DNA of 63,760 nucleotides. Source: Bacteroidota bacterium. Lineage in GTDB: Bacteria > Bacteroidota > Bacteroidia > 2-12-FULL-35-15. Shown one piece after another: positions 55,656 to 63,760 of this stretch. The stretch spans positions 1 through 63,760 of the forward strand of contig JBQTHQ010000008.1 of NCBI GenBank assembly GCA_052389695.1, written 5' to 3'. The notes under the pieces were generated by a model, which was not told where the DNA came from, ran no database searches, and was given only the letters and a program-made list of their open reading frames with translations. How positions within the stretch are numbered: position 1 is the stretch's first letter; each line of letters begins with the position of its first letter. Made by a program: the position numbers and the translations under genes.

Positions 55656-58006
55656 TTTATTTTTTTAAAAGAAAATCGCCTGAAAACACTGCCTATTTTC
55701 AAAAACCATTTTGGCAAATGAGAATAAGTAGCTAGAAACCATTCTTTTTGCTGATTTAGATCTGAAAGCTTTTCATCCAGTTCCATATGCTTCTTGTCGG
55801 CATCATTTAACTTATGGCGCAGAAAATCCATATTCGACTGTAAATTATCAATCTGTATATTTAACTGCCTGTTTTGATTCTGAACCTCTGCGATCCTGAG
55901 CTGATAATTTTTGATGTTTTCTGAAAAGTTATTTCTTTTTTCAATTCCTCCTTTCAATGCAGAGTTTAATTGCTGTACTTCATTAATTCTTACTTTGTAA
56001 TCTGTAATTTCATTTGTTAATGAAGTAGTTCTGTTTACAAATAAATCAACCCTTCTTTCCAGATCATTTTTAACGGTAGTTAACCGGGTAAAATCATGCA
56101 GATATTTGTTTAATTTTATATCTAATTCGCCTTTTTCTTTCTGCAGTGGAATTAATTCTTTATCAACCTCGGATTTGGGGAGTAAAACTCTTTTATTTCT
56201 TAAAAAATACATATCTGATCTGTCGTCAATTTGGGCGCCAAAGCTTATAAAATCTGTAATTGATTTAAATTTTTTAGCGGCTTCTTGCCAGTTTTGAAAA
56301 TAAATTTCTTCTTGCTCAGCAAAGGAAAAAGAATTGATCAGTTTATTGAATTTTTTGAGGTATTTTAATTTCAAAAAATAAAAATTATATGCATCCAACC
56401 AGTTCTCTGTTTTTACCTGTGAAGGTTTAAGCTTTACCATTGCTTCCTTCACCACCCCCATTTTATACAATTGAAAAAATCGGAGATTTAATTCCAGATC
56501 CTGGTGCCTGGTGTATGTTTCGTCAAATCCTGAAAGTCTTTTTAATGTGTAACTTTTGTATAATGCCGTATTGGTGCATAAATAATGGTTTTTATATTGA
56601 AGCGTCAGCAAATCATATGTTAAATCACCTTCCTTATACCTGCGTAAATCATTACTATCGGAGTTCCAACCGAGATAACCACAATATACCGCACCATAAC
56701 CAGAAGGATATTTTTTTATTGCTTCAATACTTTTTTTAACTTTTTCAGGCAAATAAACATCATCATCATCCAAAAAAGAGATGTACTCACTATTGGAGTA
56801 CTTTAAGCCTAAATTTCTGGCTTCTGCACCATTCAGGGCATGGGCACCTTTAATATATATCACATTGGGATAAGCATTCATCAGCTTCTCTGTTTCCTGC
56901 CTGTATTCCGATTCAGGATCATTCGCATCTATTACAATCACTTCAATATTCTTATAGGTTTGGCTCACAACCGATTCTATTGCCAGTTTAAGGTTCTCTG
57001 GCCTTCTATAAGTAGGAATAATTACAGTTACTTTATCAACGCATTTAAAAAATCTATCAAAATACCCATCCTGAGGAAAATTAGTTTTATAAGGTTGAAT
57101 AGTATTTTTTAAGAATTCAAACACGCCAAGTATTTCCAGGCGTTCATAAGGTTCATTCTGAATAATCTCTTCAACAACGCTGAGATATTGTTTTTTTTGC
57201 TCATTGGAAAGTTCAAATTTACGAAACACAACTCTTATTTTCTCTTCCAGCCACTTTCCGAAAAGTTCTACATTATCTTTTAAAATCTTATACCCTTCAG
57301 TATAAATAATTTTTAAAGATTCTAAATGCTTTTGGTTAAAATTGGTTGATGTAATACTTTCTTCACGCCGTCTGTATTTGTATACAGGCTCTTCGACAAA
57401 AACCACCTTTTCTACTTTTGTATTCAACAACAATGAAAAAGGCTCATCTTCAAAATACATTCTTTCAAAGAATCTCAGGTTTTTTAAAATGTTTATTGAA
57501 TATAATTTGTTCCACACAACAACATTGAACATCTTAATTTTATTGCCTAAAAATTTGGCACCAAAATCTTCGATTACTTCTAACTTATTTTTTTGATACA
57601 CGCTAACAAACTCAAGTTTTTCATTGTAATTATTTATACCCCCTATAGCAATATCTGATTTGGTGTCTGTTATTTGGTCATAAAGCACTTTTAGTGCATT
57701 CGGGTATAAAACATCATCACTATCCAGGAAATATATATAATCAGCACTTGCTTTCTCAATTCCAGTATTTCTGGCACCTCCAAGGCCTTTATTTGAAGGG
57801 TGCCTGATAATTTTAAAATTCTTAATATGTTTTTTTGAAAATCTGTTTTTTATTACATCAATACTTTTGTCAGGAGAGCAATCATCAATAATCAGCACTT
57901 CAATATTGGAAATTCCAATAGTTTGGTTTATCAGACTGTTTAAGCAATCTTCGATATAATCTTCAACATTATAAACGGGAACTATAACTGATAAAAGCTT
58001 TTTCAT
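55652..58006 (-). CDS. Dual GT2-domain glycosyltransferase with C-terminal coiled coil
   Basis: First GT2 domain: SVIVPVYNVEDYI...IIDDCSPD...FLDSDD. Second GT2 domain: VTVIIPTYRRPENL...VIDAND...FLDDDD. It is followed by ~170 aa of heptad-like Q/N/L/K-rich sequence ending in EWFLATYSHLPKWFLK. Confidence 0.8.
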   Translation of the reverse strand: MKKLLSVIVPVYNVEDYIEDCLNSLINQTIGISNIEVLIIDDCSPDKSIDVIKNRFSKKHIKNFKIIRHPSNKGLGGARNTGIEKASADYIYFLDSDDVLYPNALKVLYDQITDTKSDIAIGGINNYNEKLEFVSVYQKNKLEVIEDFGAKFLGNKIKMFNVVVWNKLYSINILKNLRFFERMYFEDEPFSLLLNTKVEKVVFVEEPVYKYRRREESITSTNFNQKHLESLKIIYTEGYKILKDNVELFGKWLEEKIRVVFRKFELSNEQKKQYLSVVEEIIQNEPYERLEILGVFEFLKNTIQPYKTNFPQDGYFDRFFKCVDKVTVIIPTYRRPENLKLAIESVVSQTYKNIEVIVIDANDPESEYRQETEKLMNAYPNVIYIKGAHALNGAEARNLGLKYSNSEYISFLDDDDVYLPEKVKKSIEAIKKYPSGYGAVYCGYLGWNSDSNDLRRYKEGDLTYDLLTLQYKNHYLCTNTALYKSYTLKRLSGFDETYTRHQDLELNLRFFQLYKMGVVKEAMVKLKPSQVKTENWLDAYNFYFLKLKYLKKFNKLINSFSFAEQEEIYFQNWQEAAKKFKSITDFISFGAQIDDRSDMYFLRNKRVLLPKSEVDKELIPLQKEKGELDIKLNKYLHDFTRLTTVKNDLERRVDLFVNRTTSLTNEITDYKVRINEVQQLNSALKGGIEKRNNFSENIKNYQLRIAEVQNQNRQLNIQIDNLQSNMDFLRHKLNDADKKHMELDEKLSDLNQQKEWFLATYSHLPKWFLKIGSVFRRFSFKKIN

Positions 58007-58047
58007 TTCTATAATTTACTCTGGTCGGATAATTTCTATTAAATCGG

Positions 58048-59379
58048 TTAATACCTTACTTCTAATTGTTTTCTTATTTTTTCATTTTCTTCTTTAAGTG
58101 CTTTTATTTCATGCTCTTTATCCAATAATAATTTATTGAAATAATTTTCACTTTTTTCTTTTTCAAACAATTCACACTCTCTGAAATATTCTGAAATACG
58201 GTACTGTTTATCAATATGATTAGGAATTATTTTTCTCATCCAGATATTTAAGTACATTTTTTTGAGATTCAGATTATTATTCATCTGCTTCGCATTTTTT
58301 ACAAAAGGATTTTTTATCAATTCCGCACACAAACGGATTAGAAAATTGTCATACATTTCCTGCAAATAACCCAATTTAGTAACACTCTTATATGCTTCTT
58401 CAGCCATTTTTCTTTTTTTGTCGGGGTTTTGAAATAAATAAACAATACTTTCTACTATAGCATTAACATTTCCAATATTTGTAATGAAACCATTTGAGCC
58501 ATTATCAATAATTGATGCTATATTACCTACATTAAATGTTATAGGGACAACCATACACGACATGGCTTCATAAACTACAATTGGGCCACCCTCGAAATTT
58601 GAAGTTACAATAAGTATATCCGCAACTTTCATATAATTCAAAACCTCTTTGGGAGTATGAGCATTTTCTATAAACTCATATTGATCAGTTGTATCACCAA
58701 ATTTACTCCGAAACCGATCTTTCAGTGAATCCAGATCGATGCCTTTACCAAGAATTTTCAATTTAAACTTAACCTTTCTTTTAACCAGTTCTTCATAAAT
58801 AGAAATTAATCTAAAAACACCTTTTGAAGCATCTTCGATCCTTCCCACAAACAAAACCGAAATTTCATTTGAATGATTATCCCAATTTTTTTGATGACTT
58901 ATTGAAGTTGGGCATGGATGATAAAGAATATCTTTTTTTCGGTCAGGAATTACCTTGACAAGATCATCTTGTATGGTTTTACTTACACAAATAAATTTAG
59001 ATATGATTGGCTCATACAATTTAAGCGTATCGTAATAATATACAGCCGCATTATGGCTATATCCGATAACCTGTATGTTATCCTTTACTTTTGTCACGTA
59101 GTTATACATTACCTCGTAAAGTTTCGAGTTCCATGACATAATAACAACATTATGTGCGTGATTTTCATTTTTCACTAAAATCAAAAATTCTTCCGTTGTT
59201 AGTATAGGAATATGTTGCTGCATATCCGCCAACGCTTCAACAGGAATATTCCTATGAGCAACGGACTCAACCAGGAAAATCTTATACCCTTTCTTATATA
59301 AGGATAAACCGGTATATATTGAGAAGAATTCAACCCCTCCCATTGAAAAACAAGGCACATCTATGTATATGTTAATCAT
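58048..59379 (-). CDS. GT-B (family 4-like) glycosyltransferase with a short C-terminal coiled coil
   Basis: Has the EX7E-type motif FEGGPIVVYEAMSCMVVPI. The tail is KLLLDKEHEIKALKEENEKIRKQLEVRY. Confidence 0.75.
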   Translation of the reverse strand: MINIYIDVPCFSMGGVEFFSIYTGLSLYKKGYKIFLVESVAHRNIPVEALADMQQHIPILTTEEFLILVKNENHAHNVVIMSWNSKLYEVMYNYVTKVKDNIQVIGYSHNAAVYYYDTLKLYEPIISKFICVSKTIQDDLVKVIPDRKKDILYHPCPTSISHQKNWDNHSNEISVLFVGRIEDASKGVFRLISIYEELVKRKVKFKLKILGKGIDLDSLKDRFRSKFGDTTDQYEFIENAHTPKEVLNYMKVADILIVTSNFEGGPIVVYEAMSCMVVPITFNVGNIASIIDNGSNGFITNIGNVNAIVESIVYLFQNPDKKRKMAEEAYKSVTKLGYLQEMYDNFLIRLCAELIKNPFVKNAKQMNNNLNLKKMYLNIWMRKIIPNHIDKQYRISEYFRECELFEKEKSENYFNKLLLDKEHEIKALKEENEKIRKQLEVRY

Positions 59380-59392
59380 ACTGTACTCTTTG

Positions 59393-61729
59393 TTATTTTA
59401 ATTGAAAAACAAAATGTCCTTTATGCGATTTATTAAATTGCATTTTAAAATTGTACTGAAACGCCCACATCGCTGCAACCTTTTGTTCATCTTCACGACC
59501 GCCATCATCAAGCATTACCGTTGTATTCGAACGAATGTGTTTCAACAATAAGGGCACGGCCGGAAACCTTGCTAATTCCTGTGTGATACCCGGCGGACCA
59601 TCAATATTTACAATAGTAATATCCGGCGGAAATTTCACCTTGGAAATATCATACCACATCCACTTTTTCTTATTAATGGTGTATTCCTTTAAGGGACAAT
59701 GATACAATTCTACAAACTCTTCCAAATGATGTTCCTTTACCATTCTCTGTACCGACTTAAAATAATTTTTATCATGTTCAAGCGCAATAACTTTCCCCTG
59801 ACCTCTTTTTTGTAGTATATAGCCAAAAATTAAAGTTGAAACCCCCGAACCCACATCTATCACATTCCCTCTCACCTTGGATAATGTTGTTTTTACAAGA
59901 TCGAGAGCATAATCTGATGTTATTGCCCAATCGTTCATCACCGGTAATGGGCTTTTAATATCAATCATTCGGTGAATTGAGAATAGAGAATCTATTCTGT
60001 CATAAATATATGATAGTTCGCTTTTGGTACTTCTATCTAACCACCCCATCTTATTGGAGATCAAATCCAGTATTTTAGTTGATGAGAAGTCGATTTCTTT
60101 TTTATTCCTGTCAACCTGCGCCATAAGATTAGTGAGGTTGTTTTTTAAATCATTGGCTTTAGTTTGATATTCAACTTTTAGCTCCTTTAGATTGTTAATT
60201 AATGATGCATTACCTTGAGTATTTAAATTGCCATTCATTTCAATCTGCTCCACCAGGTTATTTACTTTTGAAGAAATTACAGTTACTTTCTCTATCTGAT
60301 TTGCTGCTATCTTATTTATATCTGTTAAATGAACTTCCAACTTAGCAATAGAACCGGCGCCCTGATCTTTTAAATGATTTATTTTTTCAGAAAGGACAAT
60401 TAAAGCTTCATTGAACCTTTGCTCTGTTTCCACATCTTGTGCTTTAACTGCACTGATATACTCATGTAATTGTTGAATTGCGGTCTTAAGCACATCGGAT
60501 GCCCCGACAGTCTGACTTTTCAACTCATTTATAGAATTTTTAAAAGCATTGGATGATTCGAGCTCTCCTTTCTTCAATTCATCAATTGCAACTTTAATTT
60601 TATCAGATGATATAAGTCCTTGACCCTTTAATTCATTGATGGAATCTTTTAACGTTTTTGATGACTCCAACTCTCCCTTCTTCAATTCATCAATTGCACC
60701 TTTAATTTTATCAGATGATGCAAGCCCCTGCCCTTTTAATTCATTAATTGAATTCTTCAACGCATTGGATGATTCCAATTCCCCTTTCTTCAATTCATCA
60801 ATTGCGCCTTTAATTTTATCAGATGATGCGAACTCCTGCCCTTTTAATTCATTGATGGAATTCTTTAATGCATCGGATGATTCCTGTTCATACTTCCTCA
60901 ACTCATTAATTGTTCCTTGAAGTTTATCCGAAATTTCGAGCTCCTGCTTTTTTAATTCTTCGATAAATTTTGGTACTTCTCCAATAGATGTTTTTAATTC
61001 CTTTGCAGAATTGGCTTCCTGGATTTTAACATTATCGATATTCTGAAATAAATCCCCTAATGTTTTTCTAATTTTATTGGCAGCATCTAGTTCTTGAACT
61101 TTAATTCCCTCTAAACTATGAGCCACAGTCCCCAATAAAGTCTTAATATTTTTAGCAGCATCTTCTTCCTGAACCTTTATAATATTAACATGTTGTTTCA
61201 AGTCTTCTATAGCAACATTTAATCTGTTTGAATTATCTAGCTCTTGTTCTTTTACCGAATTCATATCGCGATACAGGCTTGATACTTTTTCATTCAGCTT
61301 CAACATCTCTTCTTTTCTTAAATTGGCCTCCATACCGGTGTTTTCAGAAGAAGTTGCCAATAAATTTGAAAGCTCTGATTTTTTCTCTTCCATCTGTTGA
61401 ACAACCTGTTCCATTGTTTTCTGCTCAAAGCTCTTTAAATCATTAACTGCTTCTCCCAACCCCAATACCATTTTTTGCTCCAATAAACCGAACTTTACCT
61501 GCATGTCCTCCTGCAACCGTTTGATCTCTTTAAAATTATTGGCGGATAGCAAACTAAACTGATAAATAATAAAATAGGATAATACAATTACGATTTGAAC
61601 TATGACTGAAGCTGCTATTACAGCAGGTTCAATACCGAAATACCAAAAGAGAAAACATGTGAAAACCGCATTTAGTATTGTTAAGAGTATAGAAATTACG
61701 TTTACCCGTCTCTTCAGAATAGGATTCAT
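59393..61729 (-). CDS. Membrane-anchored long coiled-coil protein with C-terminal class-I SAM-methyltransferase-like domain
   Basis: 778 aa. Two N-terminal TM helices, then ~480 aa of repetitive coiled-coil sequence with an 18/36-aa periodicity. The C-terminal ~190 aa has NVIDVGSGVSTLIFGY (a Gly-rich SAM loop), VIALEHD and VNIDGPPG. Confidence 0.75.
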   Translation of the reverse strand: MNPILKRRVNVISILLTILNAVFTCFLFWYFGIEPAVIAASVIVQIVIVLSYFIIYQFSLLSANNFKEIKRLQEDMQVKFGLLEQKMVLGLGEAVNDLKSFEQKTMEQVVQQMEEKKSELSNLLATSSENTGMEANLRKEEMLKLNEKVSSLYRDMNSVKEQELDNSNRLNVAIEDLKQHVNIIKVQEEDAAKNIKTLLGTVAHSLEGIKVQELDAANKIRKTLGDLFQNIDNVKIQEANSAKELKTSIGEVPKFIEELKKQELEISDKLQGTINELRKYEQESSDALKNSINELKGQEFASSDKIKGAIDELKKGELESSNALKNSINELKGQGLASSDKIKGAIDELKKGELESSKTLKDSINELKGQGLISSDKIKVAIDELKKGELESSNAFKNSINELKSQTVGASDVLKTAIQQLHEYISAVKAQDVETEQRFNEALIVLSEKINHLKDQGAGSIAKLEVHLTDINKIAANQIEKVTVISSKVNNLVEQIEMNGNLNTQGNASLINNLKELKVEYQTKANDLKNNLTNLMAQVDRNKKEIDFSSTKILDLISNKMGWLDRSTKSELSYIYDRIDSLFSIHRMIDIKSPLPVMNDWAITSDYALDLVKTTLSKVRGNVIDVGSGVSTLIFGYILQKRGQGKVIALEHDKNYFKSVQRMVKEHHLEEFVELYHCPLKEYTINKKKWMWYDISKVKFPPDITIVNIDGPPGITQELARFPAVPLLLKHIRSNTTVMLDDGGREDEQKVAAMWAFQYNFKMQFNKSHKGHFVFQLK
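60571..60894 (-). repeat. Three tandem 108-bp coding repeats (plus degenerate copies either side)
   Basis: tcttcaattcatcaattgc recurs at 60571, 60679 and 60787, an exact 108-nt period. The first ~45 nt of each unit are nearly identical. Each unit encodes ESS.ALKNSINELKGQ..ASSDKIKGAIDELKKGEL. Confidence 0.9.
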
Positions 61730-61787
61730 ATGGCTATGTTTTTGAATAATAACATGAAAAGCCCTGATACATGTTACGCATTCGTCT

Positions 61788-61795
61788 CAAATATA
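61788..61795 (-). promoter_or_regulatory. -7 box TATATTTG for the coiled-coil methyltransferase gene
   Basis: The reverse complement of caaatata is TATATTTG, ~58 nt upstream of the ATG at 61729. Confidence 0.35.
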
Positions 61796-61830
61796 CAAAT
61801 AAATTATACAAACCCCTGATTAAAAGCCTA

Positions 61831-61859
61831 TTGGCATGGAGAAATTATGCGTATTTTTG
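61831..61859 (+). promoter_or_regulatory. Bacteroidota-type promoter (TTG -33, TATTTTTG -7) for the 61888 gene
   Basis: TTG at 61831-61833 is 18 nt upstream of TATTTTTG at 61852-61859. The ATG lies 29 nt downstream. Confidence 0.4.
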
Positions 61860-61887
61860 GTATGTTTTTGTACGAATACATTAAAGT

Positions 61888-63760
61888 ATGAGTAAAAAGA
61901 ATTACATAAGTTTAATAATTCCTGTATATAACTGCGAAAAATTCCTGCCAGCATTGTTTTCATCTATTGATAATCAATCAGTCAAACCAGGCGAGGTTAT
62001 TATAATTGACGACAACAGCGTTGACAATAGTGCTAAATTAATCAAGGAGTATGCGAAACACAATAACAATATAAAGACCGTTTTTTTACGTAAAAATAAG
62101 GGTGTTTCGTATGCTCGTAATAAAGGCTTTGAACTTGCTAAAGGTGATTATTTATGGTTTATTGACGGCGATGACCAGTTAAATGATAACGCTCTTAAAG
62201 GCATTTATTCGGAAATTCAAAAAAATAATAGCATAGAAGCTTTTGTTTCTGGATACAATAATCTGGATGGACAGGGAAATTTTTTATCCGAACGAAAATT
62301 CCTTCAATTTGATATCAAAAAGTCGTATCCCGGTTCTGAAATCTTTAAACAATTCAACCCTGCACCATGGAATAAAATTTTTAAAACTTCTTTTTGGAAG
62401 AAACACAACTTTACCTTTCCTCTTAACATCAGTATATCCCAGGATCTATCTATTATTTATTATGCTATTTTTAAGGCATCTAAAGTAAAAATATTACCAA
62501 ACTGTTTATACAACTATTGTTATAATGAATCCAGTACTGTAAATTCATTCAACACAAAAAAAATCAAAGATATTTTTGCCGGCAATCAACAACTTTTTAA
62601 TAATTTTTTTACCGAAAAAAAAGCGCTCAGTGAAGCAATTAAGCTGGAAGTTTCTGAAATTTCTATTCATTCCATAGATTATTTTTATTGTCGGTTTCAA
62701 TCATCTTTTTCAAAAAAAGACCATTTACTATTTTTAGATCTCTTCAATAATTTTTTAGGTACAAACAACATTGACATACACTCACTTTTAAGCTGGGAAA
62801 TAGGTTCAAAAACTTTGATTGAAGTAGACAAAGGAATAGTTTCCAATCGCATAAAAGGGTTCATAAATGTACCTTTTCGCTCCGACAAACTGCTAACACA
62901 AATCCAGAAAATAAAAAAATTGGAACTAAGCAATGCTCAAACCATACAGGATTTACAGCAGGAAATTACGAATCAAAAATACCTTTTATCACATGAAAAA
63001 GAAAATTATGAACTGCAACGTAACGGCTTAAATGAAAAAATACACGAACTTGAAAAAAATATACATGAACACATCGCCTTTGGATCTAAAAAAGATGAAC
63101 AGGTCAATTCACTTTCTGTAGAAAAACAACAACTGCTTGAAACAGCAAAAATGTTGGAAACATCATACATTCAAAAACAAAACAGTTTAAATAATTCCAT
63201 AGAACAATTAAATCATCAGCTTCAAACCAAAGAACAAGAGGTAAAAAGTCTTCAAAAAAAACTAACATCAAGTGAAGATCAAAATAAAGAATATAAGCTA
63301 CGCCTTGATAAGATACGGTTACAAAATGAAAAATTAGAACAAAATATCGGAAATATTCAAAACAGTTTGATTTCAAGTGAAGAACAAAACACAAATCATA
63401 AACTGAACATTGATAATTTGTATTCGGAAAACAAATTGTTAATTGAACAAATTCAATCAAAAAAGAATGAAATCAGTCACCTTCAAAACAAGTTAATATC
63501 AAGCGAGAGCCTAAACAACACTTATAAAAATCAGAGCTTTAAACTGGAATTGGAAATTTCAAAATTAAGCGAAGCTATTAACTGGTACAAAAGAACTTAT
63601 CAAGACCGAAAGCTACCGGGAATTATAAAAGACAGAATCATCAAAACCATTCCATTATTCCGCTCTGAAAATTACATTTCCCAATGGAAAAATTTAACCA
63701 GAATATTCCGTCGCAAGAACAAATTAAAAAAAGCGACTGTAAAAAGCACTGTAAGTAAAA
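61888..63760 (+). CDS. GT2 glycosyltransferase with long C-terminal coiled coil, 3' end outside window
   Basis: Hand translation from the ATG at 61888, which is preceded by an in-frame TAA, shows no stop to the window end (624 codons). It begins MSKKNYISLIIPVYNCEKFL...VIIIDDNSVDNS...WFIDGDD (GT2). A coiled coil of at least 240 aa follows with ~37-aa repeats (LQKKLTSSEDQN / IQNSLISSEEQN / LQNKLISSESLN), then INWYKRTYQDRKLPG. It is absent from the ORF track because there is no stop codon in the window. Confidence 0.85.
   Translation, partial: MSKKNYISLIIPVYNCEKFLPALFSSIDNQSVKPGEVIIIDDNSVDNSAKLIKEYAKHNNNIKTVFLRKNKGVSYARNKGFELAKGDYLWFIDGDDQLNDNALKGIYSEIQKNNSIEAFVSGYNNLDGQGNFLSERKFLQFDIKKSYPGSEIFKQFNPAPWNKIFKTSFWKKHNFTFPLNISISQDLSIIYYAIFKASKVKILPNCLYNYCYNESSTVNSFNTKKIKDIFAGNQQLFNNFFTEKKALSEAIKLEVSEISIHSIDYFYCRFQSSFSKKDHLLFLDLFNNFLGTNNIDIHSLLSWEIGSKTLIEVDKGIVSNRIKGFINVPFRSDKLLTQIQKIKKLELSNAQTIQDLQQEITNQKYLLSHEKENYELQRNGLNEKIHELEKNIHEHIAFGSKKDEQVNSLSVEKQQLLETAKMLETSYIQKQNSLNNSIEQLNHQLQTKEQEVKSLQKKLTSSEDQNKEYKLRLDKIRLQNEKLEQNIGNIQNSLISSEEQNTNHKLNIDNLYSENKLLIEQIQSKKNEISHLQNKLISSESLNNTYKNQSFKLELEISKLSEAINWYKRTYQDRKLPGIIKDRIIKTIPLFRSENYISQWKNLTRIFRRKNKLKKATVKSTVSK

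Noticed and set aside
62548-62620. A8/T8 homopolymer runs inside glycan-cluster genes (A8 near 62555 and 62612, T8 near 57191) as slipped-strand phase-variation switches
   Set aside because: Runs of 7-9 A/T are frequent throughout this AT-rich window, including intergenic terminators. Length alone is not evidence without population-level length heterogeneity.
62243-63460. ORF-track entries 62243-62488 (+), 62697-62933 (-) and 63104-63460 (-)
   Set aside because: All lie within, or antisense to, the long uninterrupted GT2-coiled-coil frame starting at 61888. Their products are low-complexity.

Overview
A 63.8-kb chromosomal segment from an AT-rich Bacteroidota genome. The phylum call rests on two T9SS type-A C-terminal sorting domains, perfect TAnnTTTG -7 promoter boxes, no Shine-Dalgarno sequences, and REP-like 'word' repeats in many intergenic regions.

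Most of the window is core metabolism and cell-envelope genes:
- murQ (5'-truncated), pruA, rpmH (missed by the ORF track), carB
- the leuA-leuC-leuD-leuB operon
- the purH / mreB-mreC-mreD-mrdA-rodA shape operon
- aroC, hutI-ftcD
- OmpA-, AsmA- and porin-type envelope proteins

Accessory content:
1. A compact vsr-dcm-EcoRII-type restriction-modification islet (47.8-50.6 kb) with compositionally odd flanks.
2. A very AT-rich glycan-assembly cluster (54.1 kb to the window end). Three glycosyltransferases and one membrane-anchored methyltransferase each carry a long coiled coil. One coil is built from near-identical 108-bp tandem repeats. This is my best candidate for an undescribed system: a multi-component coiled-coil 'ruler' machine.
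3. A haem-c-fused PHM/DBH-like copper monooxygenase, divergent from two tandem paralogous small lipoproteins whose tails carry Gly followed by a tribasic cluster. This is a speculative bacterial peptide-amidation module.
4. Two four-helix-bundle (23S-IVS/Avd-like) genes wedged into conserved operons.
5. Several interspersed repeat families. One ~33-nt REP-like element sits in frame inside aroC. A strictly spaced ATTCGT-triplet motif occurs at five intergenic sites.

I found no rRNA, tRNA, CRISPR array, transposase or integrase. A long + strand ORF (61888 to the window end) is absent from the supplied ORF track because it has no stop codon in the window.
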